The position numbers and the translations under genes are program-made. DNA of 64,000 bases, taken from Felis catus (lineage: Eukaryota). Under the pieces are notes generated by a model. The model made no database searches and had not been told where the DNA came from. It worked only from the letters and a program-made list of their open reading frames with translations. The stretch is from assembly GCF_018350175.1 (NCBI RefSeq), contig NC_058383.1:8060001-8124000 (forward strand). Reading direction: 5' to 3'. Of this stretch, positions 56,101 to 64,000 are shown one piece after another (the stretch's first letter is position 1; every line of letters begins with the position of its first letter).

Positions 56101-58309
56101 TTGGAATGGAGGGAAGGCGGGTGCCAGGCAGTTATATTTGAGAGCGGGCTGGAGGATGAGCATCTCTACGTGTGTCCTTTGAAGTAGGAAATGAGATTGC
56201 TAAGCATGACGGCTGAGTGCATGAAGGTCCCCGTGGAGGCTGCAAGCCCTGCGTGTACAGTGGTCCCCATCTGCACGGTTGTATGATTTCTGCCAGCAGT
56301 GAGAGGTCTCCAGGAGGCATCTCTTTGGCTGGGTCTGGGGGTTGGGAGGAAAGGCCAGGGCCAAAGGCATGAGTGACTGAAATGACAGCCTTGTTAGCCA
56401 GGAGGGAGGCAAGCCAGAGGGGCTAATATATTGGGAGAAGGTACAGGCGCCAAGGGCTTGGTGACTCAGATGACATCAGAGAGCTGTGGTTCCGTCCGCA
56501 CGCTTCCCGGAACCAAGGCCAGCCCAGCTTCTCTCTTCCCGTGCCCTCATGACTCCCTGGCTCTGCCCCACCCAGTTCGCTCCCAGGACCCTGGACAGCG
56601 GCGGGTGCTCGACCGGGCTGCCAGACAGCGCCGCATCAACAGGCAGCTCGAGGCCTTGGAGAATGACAACTTCCAGGACGACCCCCATGCAGGACTCCCC
56701 CAGCTCGGCAAAAGGCTGCCTCAGTTTGATGATGATGCAGACACCGGTGAGGCAGGGGTAGAAGGAGGCGGGTGGAGGGAGGGAGGACCGGGCTGGGGAG
56801 GCAAGGCCAAAGGAAGGGGAAGGGGTCTGCCTGGAGACAGATTGTAGAGGGACATCGGGTTGGGGCAGGGGGTGGGGGGGCAGATGACACAGGAGCCCCT
56901 CTGGCTTTGTCAGGGACTGGCTTCTGTGACTTCTGTGACTGTGAGCCAGCTGCTCTCCCCCTCTGCGTCACCTTCCTCTAGCACATGTAGAGTAAAGAAC
57001 ATGGAGAGCTGAGCTCCGGGAGCACTTCCAGCTCTGACTTAGAGCCTTGGACTTAGGGGAGCGTGGAGATGAATGTAGGAGCAGGTTAGAGAAGTGAGGG
57101 GAGGGATACACGGTAGTGAGAGGCCGACTCAGAACCCAGGTGAGCGTGTGCGCAGGGAGTGGACACATGAGTGTCGGGAACGATGGCACAGAGAAAGATG
57201 GTGTCTTTCTTGGCACGTGCCAAGTAACTATAGTTGACCTTTGAGCAACAGGGGTTTGAGCTGCAGGGGTCCACTTGTACGTGGGATTTGTTCAGTCGGT
57301 GCTGTAAATATATTTGCTCTCATGATTTTCTTTCTTTTTTCTTAAGTTTTTTTTTTTTAGTGTTTGTTTATTTTTGAGAGAGGTAGAGACAGCATGAGCG
57401 GAGGAGGGGCAGAGAAAGGGAGAGAGAGAATCCCAAGCAGGTTCCATGCTGCCAGCACAGAGCCTGATGCAGGGCTGGAACCCCATGAAACTGAGATCAT
57501 GACCTGAGCCGAAAGCAAAAGTTGGACGTTTAACTGACTAAGTGCCCCCCCCCTTATGATTTACTTAATATTTTGTTTTCCCTAGTGTTGTTTTAAGAAT
57601 ACAGTATATAATACATATAACATACAAAACATACGTTAACCGACTGTTTATATTGTCAGAAAGGCTTCTGGTCACCAGTAGGCTATTTGATGTTGTTTTT
57701 TGGGGAGTCCAGAGTTATACACAGGTCTTGGACTACGTGGAGGAGGCCAGCACCCCAACCCCTGTGTTGTTCAAGAGTCAACTGTAATTAATTGTTCTTC
57801 CTCTGTAGGAAAGAAAAAGAAGAAAACTCGAGGCGATCATTTTAAACTTCGCTTCCGAAAGAACTTTCAGGCCTTGCTAGAGGAGCAGGTGAGAGGGCGT
57901 GGCCCCGGGGACTGGGGGGGCCCCACGGGGAAGGAAGGAGCCTGCAGAGGTCCTTGTCCCAGGTCGGTGTTTGCCACGTGGGTGGGCGGAGGAGGTGTGG
58001 AGCCTTCCCCTTGTCTCTACAGAACCTGAGCGTGGCCGAGGGCCCCAACTATCTGACAGCCTGTGCGGGTCCCCCCTCCCGGCCTCAGCGGCCCTTCTGT
58101 GCCGTCTGCGGCTTCCCCTCCCCGTACACCTGCGTCAGCTGTGGCGCCCGGTACTGCACGGTGCGCTGTCTGGGCACCCACCAGGAGACCAGGTGAGCTC
58201 AGAACCTCCCCCTGCGCCCACATCCTCTCCTTCCTATCCTCCAGCCTCCCGGCACCTCTCCTCCTCCTGGGCCTCCACTGCCTGCAGGTGCCTGAAGTGG
58301 ACTGTGTGA
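53132..58309 (+). CDS. ZNHIT1: Zinc finger HIT domain-containing protein 1 (SRCAP subunit, 154 aa)
   Basis: Exons 53132-53153, 56576-56746, 57809-57888, 58023-58192, 58288-58309; 465 nt; MVEKKTSVRSQDPGQRR...CAVCGF..CVSCGARYCTVRCLGTHQETRCLKWTV*. Confidence 0.98.
53868..54075. mobile_element. MER3-like hAT-Charlie MITE
   Basis: About 208 bp; TIRs CAGCGCTGTAC / GTACAGCGCAG; internal AGCCACATGTGGC. Confidence 0.75.
55347..55557 (-). mobile_element. CAN-SINE with TSD CTGACCTCACCATTT
   Basis: Head, CT tract and tail on the minus strand; duplication at 55333-55347 and 55559-55573. Confidence 0.9.
57231..57784 (+). mobile_element. Tigger2a-like Tc1/mariner element (TA-flanked) containing a CAN-SINE near 57345-57550
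   Basis: TA|TAGTTGACCTTTGAGCAACAGGGG ... GTGTTGTTCAAGAGTCAACTG|TA terminal inverted repeats. Confidence 0.8.
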
Positions 58310-58512
58310 GCCTGGGCGTCCCCAGAGGGGAAGGCCCTCTGCACCCCACCTCAGCCTCGGAGAAGGCTTGGCCAAGGAGAGAGGTGCTCTTCTGGACCGA
58401 GAGAGGAGCCGTTCACTCGCCCAGCAAAGCTGTGTCCTACCTGCCAGGGAAGACAGGCCTAGTCCCGGGGGCTGTTGGGGGGAAGTGGGCTGGGCCCTCA
58501 GCGTGCTGTTGT

Positions 58513-58518
58513 AATAAA
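58513..58518 (+). terminator. ZNHIT1 polyadenylation signal
   Basis: AATAAA about 200 nt after the stop. Confidence 0.8.
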
Positions 58519-59439
58519 AGGTGTCATCCGGGGAGGAACCTGCCTCTTTGGTCACGTGGTGGTTTGGGCATGAGGGTCACGGGTCTCTGTGCTGTTCACT
58601 GCTCCGTGGGTTTTCCTTCTATGCGTCAGTCACCCCTCCCACTGTCTGTCTCCCTGGGTTCCCTGACCGAGGAAGATTTTGTCCCATTCTGCTGCCACGC
58701 CCACATCTCAGCCTTCTTTGGCTGTCGCTTTATGTCATTTTTTGATGATGGATTCGGTGCATTTGCTTTTGCTTTTTGTTTCTGTAGTTCTCCCGAGTAT
58801 CATTTGAGCACAGTTAGGACTGGGTGACCGGGAAGTGGAGTGAGGGCTGGGGGTGGGGCACAGGAGGAGACTGAGGGAGGAGCCAGTCCCCTGTCTTCAT
58901 CCTCTTGATACTCAACCGGGTAGAGAGATCAGCCCTCACCCTTGGTGCTGCCTCCAGAAGAGGCTGCTGTTACCAGGGGCCGCAGTGTGCAAAATTATTA
59001 GTATCCGAGAAAACCCAGACATTTCTGGAGGCATGGGGGAATTCACGATATAGAGGCCTCTGTTCTTGGTGGCCCTGGGTGCTGTAATTCTTGTTTGCTG
59101 TGAAAGCTTCTTACACTCAGGCCTCCTCTAAGTGGATTGTGTGCTATGAGCTTATAAGCTCCTTGGAGTTGTTGTCTTAAGGCTCTGTAGCCTGTTGGAA
59201 CTTAGCAAAGCACATGCTTAGGAAGCATTTGTTGAACAAGTAACCTCAATGAGATATTAATGAGATCCAGTAAATTCGGTGTTAGGCATCTTTATAGGCT
59301 CTCCTCCCCCCTTTTGGGACTTTCCTACAGCTGGCTCAGGTGTCCCAGGGCCTGCCTGAGAAACTGCCTGCCCTTTCTCTGGAGACTTGAGGTGGGGTCA
59401 GTGGTGTCGGTGGCCGCCCCAAGTTGAATGGTGGTGAGG

Positions 59440-60455
59440 ATGCGGTTTGAGGACAATCCCAAGTGGTTTTAAAAGATGGCTGTACATTTTTTTTGACAAC
59501 CCTTTGATCGAAAGGTAGGGTCTTTGTCCCCTTTCCCTGGGATCTAGGCAGAATTCTGACTGCTTCAACGAGTACAGGGTGGCAGAGGTGAGACCATGTG
59601 ACATTCAAGGATAGGTGATAAAAGGCAGGGAAGCTTCTGCCTTGTCAACTAGGACACTTGAGTTTTAGATCCCTCAGCCACCATGTAAGAAATCCAGCCA
59701 TCCTCCAAGCGCCTGGGTGGCTCAGTAGGTTAGGAGTCCAACTCTTTAAAAAAAAAAATTTTTTTTTTAATGTTTACTTATTTTTGAAGGAGAAAGAGAC
59801 AGAGCATGAGCAGGGGAGGGGCAGAGAGAGAGGGAGACATAGAATCTGAAGCAGGCTCCAGGCTCTGAGCTGTCAGCACAGAGCCCGATGCAGGGCTTGA
59901 ACTCCTAAGCTGTGAGATCATGACCTAATCCGAAGTCAGATGCTCAACTGACTGAGCCACCCAGGTGCCCCAGGGGTCCAACTCTTGATCTCAGCTCGGG
60001 TCTTGATCTCAGAGTTATGAGTTTGAGCCCCGTGTGGGGCTCCACGCTGGGTGTGAAGTCTACTAAGGAGAAAGGAGGAAAGGAAAGAAAAGGAAGGGAA
60101 AGGAGAAAGGGAGAGGCAGAGAAAGAAAGAAAAATCAAGAAATCCAACTAGCCTAAAGCCGCCTTGCTATGAGGAAGCCTAGGCCACACAGAGAGGCCAC
60201 ACGCAGGTGGCTGAGTCAAGCCTTCAAGCCGTTCTGGCCTAGGCTTCCATTGTGATAGTGAAGACACATCCAGGTAATTCTGGCACCCAGGCATCAAATC
60301 ACCCTCAGCTGTTTGAGTCTTCGTGACTGTGTCCTCACTGTCACAAGCCATCCCTGCCACACTCCAAATTCTGACCTACAGAATCCATGTGTATAACCAA
60401 ATGGTTTATGCCACTGAGTCTTGGGATGGTTAGAAAGCAATAGTAACTGGGACAT
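59440..60455 (+). mobile_element. MaLR LTR remnant with nested CAN-SINEs (59706-60070)
   Basis: MLT1-like segments (CAAATTCTGACCTACAGAATCCATG..., GCAATAGTAACTGG); nested SINE TSD GTCCAACTCTT. Confidence 0.6.
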
Positions 60456-62366
60456 ACTAACTTCTGGCATCTAACTTCTGGCCTCAATTTGTGTCTCCCT
60501 CCCACAAAAGGAAACTTTTCTAGGCCCTAACCTTTTTATTTCCCTCTCTATCGAGAAGTACATGCAAGGGGGAACGTTGCTGGCTCAGTCAGTAGAGCAT
60601 GCGACTCTTGATCTCAAGGTCGTGAGTTCAAGCTCCACACTGGGCGTGGAGCCTACTTAAAAAAACAAAACAAGTACATGCAGGAAAGAAAATAGAAGGG
60701 CACCTGGGTGGCTCAGTCAGTTAAGCAGCCGACTCTTGATTTTGGCTCAGGTCATGATCTTGTGGTTCGTGAGTTCGAGCCCCGTATTGGGGCTGACAGC
60801 GCAGAGCCTGCTTGGGATTCTCTCCCTCTCCTTGTGCCCCTCTCCAGCTCGCATGTGCGCGCGCGCTCTCTCTCTCTCTCTCTCTCTCTCTAAATAAACT
60901 TAAAAAAAAAAGAGGAAGGAAGGAAATAGAAGAAAAGACTATTTCTTGGTGGAGAAATACATCAGTGCTTCACTGTGATCACCTCCATTGGAACTCCTGT
61001 CAGATTCGCACTGAGTTAGTAGTCTCTTTGGTTTCTTTCCTAAATTCACTGGCTTTGTTTCATATTTTGCTGATATAAAAAGAATCACTTCGATTCTGCC
61101 TGGTGTAAGATGTGTCTACTCAGGGACATACCCAACTGACCTTCATAGGACAGAGCCGGACCCAATGGCTTCCCATTGCTCTGAGCTAAGTGGCTCCAGG
61201 AGTCATCTGTTGACATCCTCTAGGAAGGGATCACTGGACCCCTCCACTTAAAAGCACACATCCCTTAGGGAAAGCCTTGAACAATTTTTGCCCGCTCCCC
61301 GTGTGCTAGGGAGATGGGTTTTCACCCGGGTCTTTGGGAAATCTACACTGTGCCAAAAGCTTGTAGGGGCTGGACCCAGTGTCATGTGATGGAGCAGCAC
61401 AGCCTCCTCCTGGGTACCCAGGGGAAGGAGAGGCTAACCCTCTGGACTGGAAGGCTAGAGCCCAGGGGCTTACTCCCAAAGCCCTCAATGACAGGTGAAT
61501 TCAGTTGACGGGAATGAGTTTGGAAAGCCAAACATTCCAGGAAGCAGGCCAGTTGTATCTTTGGTCTTGAACAGATCGTGGTCATACTGCTTGCTAACTG
61601 TGTAGCTTGGACAGGTCGCTTCACCTCTCTGAACCTCTTCCAGCCACTAGCCAGATAGAGGGAAGAATAAATGGGATGGTGCACCAGCCCAGTGCAGGGG
61701 CTAGGCGCGGGCGGGGGGCGGGGGTGTCCCTCTCCTTCCATTGGACGCCAGGCCCCTCTCTTGTGGCCTCGTTTTCCTGTCTCCCAAGCCAGCCCAGGGC
61801 CCAATGCCATGTCTGAGCTGGACACCATCAAGTCAGACACGCACCAGCAATATGCGGGCCTCTGTGAAGAGATGTCCAAAGACCGCTGGAAGTTATTGAA
61901 CCTTTCCCTAGAAAAATCTGCCTGCACCAGACGTGGTTGATTTGACGCACAGTTTCAAAGGGCTCGTTGGTTTGTGGTGTCCACTCGTAGGCACAGCCGA
62001 AGCAAGTGTTCAGGACCAGCTGTCTCCTTGTACTGCTGCGGGAAAAGCCGAGAGTAAAGAGAGTGAGTTGTCGTCTCGGGCCGGCCAGGGGGCGTCTCTG
62101 CCATTTCCAGTTTCCTCGAGGTGGGTCTTACCCTGCCTGCTGCTCGATGACTCTTGGCCATAATCATGGGTGCCCCACTCTTGAAATCACTTGCAACCCC
62201 TCCTCTCTTTTTCGGATGAGACAGTCCGAAGGGGATAGAGAGAGGGACAGGTGGCAGCCTGAGGTCCAAGAACTGAGACGACCCTGGGGGCACCCCAGCC
62301 AACCCTTGCTTGTCCAGCCCCTTCATGACACGGACACCCCAAACCCTGAACAGTTCACAGTACAAA

Positions 62367-62372
62367 TTTATT
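62367..62372 (-). terminator. CLDN15 polyadenylation signal
   Basis: TTTATT on the + strand, about 260 nt after the stop. Confidence 0.75.
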
Positions 62373-62634
62373 TCTGCATAGATCATACAGAATACAAACA
62401 GTCGGGGTCGCCTCTGCTCCCTTAACCAACCAGAGCCCAGCCCCAGAAGGTCCTGCCTCAGGAGTCCGAGGTGAGTTCTCAGGAGGCAGGTTCTCGGTCA
62501 GAGGAAGGAGGCGCGGTCAGAGCCGGGCGTGGCTCGGGGGCACGGGGCGGAGTCGGGGCGTGGCCTGCAGCCCGGGGTTGGCGGGACCTCCGGCCGCTGG
62601 GGGCAGAGGCAGGGGCACGGGGTCCACGGGCCTC

Positions 62635-63103
62635 CTACACGTAAGCGTTCTTCCCGTATTTGCCAAAGCTGCTGTCGCCTTCTTCGTCCGAGACCGCGGG
62701 GTGCAGGGGGGCGGCGAGGCCGGGGGACCGCACCGCGGAGGCCTCGTAGGGGAGCCTGGGTCGGAGGGGCCTGGGTCAGCGGTGGGGCGACCCCGCTCCC
62801 GCCCCTCCCCCTCACCGCCACGCGCGCCGGTCCCTACCTGGGGGCCGGGGCCGCGTCGGGAGTGCGGCAGCAGGTGGAGCCGAGGCAGACGCCGCCCAGG
62901 ATGGCGAGCAGGGAAGCGCTCCAGCCCAGGTAGAGGGCGGGGCCCAGCTCGTACCTGGGGACAAGGACGGTGAGGGCCGAGTCCCACCCACTGCCTCCCA
63001 GGCCGGGGCTCCCACACTTACTTGGTCCCGGGATACAAGGGGTCGAAGAATTCCCGGGTGATGTTGAAGGCGTACCAGGAGATGGCCACCATCCCGCAGA
63101 AAC
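62635..63103 (-). CDS. CLDN15: Claudin-15, last three coding exons (5' part lies beyond the window)
   Basis: Exons 63103-63022 ([27 protein letters not shown]), 62954-62838 ([21 protein letters not shown]) and 62755-62635 (...[16 protein letters not shown]-binding YV). Confidence 0.95.
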
Positions 63104-64000
63104 CTGGGGAGGGAGAGGAGGGCGGCGCTCGCGCCCCAGGCCCAGCGGAGGAAGGGAGCTGGGGGAGGGCCACACGGGGGCGGCCCCGAGATCTGGACGC
63201 CCCAGAGCAAGTTGCACTCCCTCTCTTTCTTTTGCGCTCCCTAGCTCATGACTTTCCCCTCGGGTCCCGACCGCAGCCCCCCTTTCTTGCCTAGTCTCCC
63301 ACGCTCTGCCCTTCCTGCCCAGCATCTTGATCACATCGTTGCCTCGTTTGGAATCTGCCCCATCCAAATCCTACCCACCCTGGAAAGTCCGGCTGTCCGG
63401 GCAATCCTCCCGCAGAGTCTGCCCCGACACCACTTTCCTTCGGCCTCCCCGACCCCCCCGGGAGCCTGTGACCTGCCTCTGTCACCCAGCGCAGTGAAGG
63501 CCTGAGGCCAGTGAGACCCCTGGGCTACAGGACCAGCCTTGCCGCTCTCTGGGGGCGCCTCCAGTAAGTCACCTGAGCTTTCTGAGCCCGTTCCCACATC
63601 TGGAGAACAGGGCAAGACCCACCCTACCTCGCAGGCTGGCTGTGAGGCGATAGCGTGCGCGTGCTTTACAGACTGACAAAGGTGCTGTTGCTGTGCGCAG
63701 TGTGCTTGCACCCCGCGCACCCCAGACTCCGGTATCCCCGGCCAGGCTGTAACCTCTGGGGGACAGTCGCTCACTCACCTTTGCTCATGCCTGGCTCCTA
63801 GTGGGGGCTCAAGAAACATTGCTGATGGATTGATTTAGGGAGCATGAGTGAGGCTGGGGTGAACGGGGAGGCAGGGAAGAGCTGAGCAGAGAGGGCGGGT
63901 GTCCATTCAATGGGGAGGGTGAGACGCCCGCCGGAGTGGGGAGTTGGAGGCGACAGGGGACCCCGGGTCCGCTGGCACCACTCTCAACACCCCCCCCCCC

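Noticed and set aside
58740-58830. TGATGA as a snoRNA C-box
   Set aside because: No suitably placed CTGA D-box or terminal stem, and not intronic

Overview
Mammalian (felid) genomic DNA, identified by dense carnivore CAN-SINEs including a young SINEC_Fc-type copy, and syntenic with human 7q22.1. Gene order: AP1S1(+), VGF(-), NAT16(-), MOGAT3(-), a DGAT2L7P-like MOGAT paralogue(-), PLOD3(-), ZNHIT1(+), and the 3' end of CLDN15(-). AP1S1 (158 aa), MOGAT3 (329 aa), PLOD3 (740 aa) and ZNHIT1 (154 aa) splice into intact ORFs with canonical GT-AG sites. VGF looks intact, but two N-gaps hide parts of it, including its stop codon. The two best-supported unusual observations are unitary pseudogenes. 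(1) NAT16 (histidine N-acetyltransferase) is broken by a ~30-codon deletion, frameshifts, a lost splice acceptor and two nonsense codons. (2) A second, dead monoacylglycerol acyltransferase has MOGAT1/MOGAT2-type exon architecture and is not a simple MOGAT3 duplicate. Weaker leads are a mirtron-like 85-nt PLOD3 intron, locally accelerated MOGAT3 sequence, candidate upstream VGF exons and enhancers, and two exon-like clusters (27.7-28.7 kb and 60.9-61.9 kb) that may be decayed genes. No prokaryote-type systems (CRISPR, rRNA, tRNA genes) are present. Comparisons to human proteins and repeat consensuses are from recall, not database searches.
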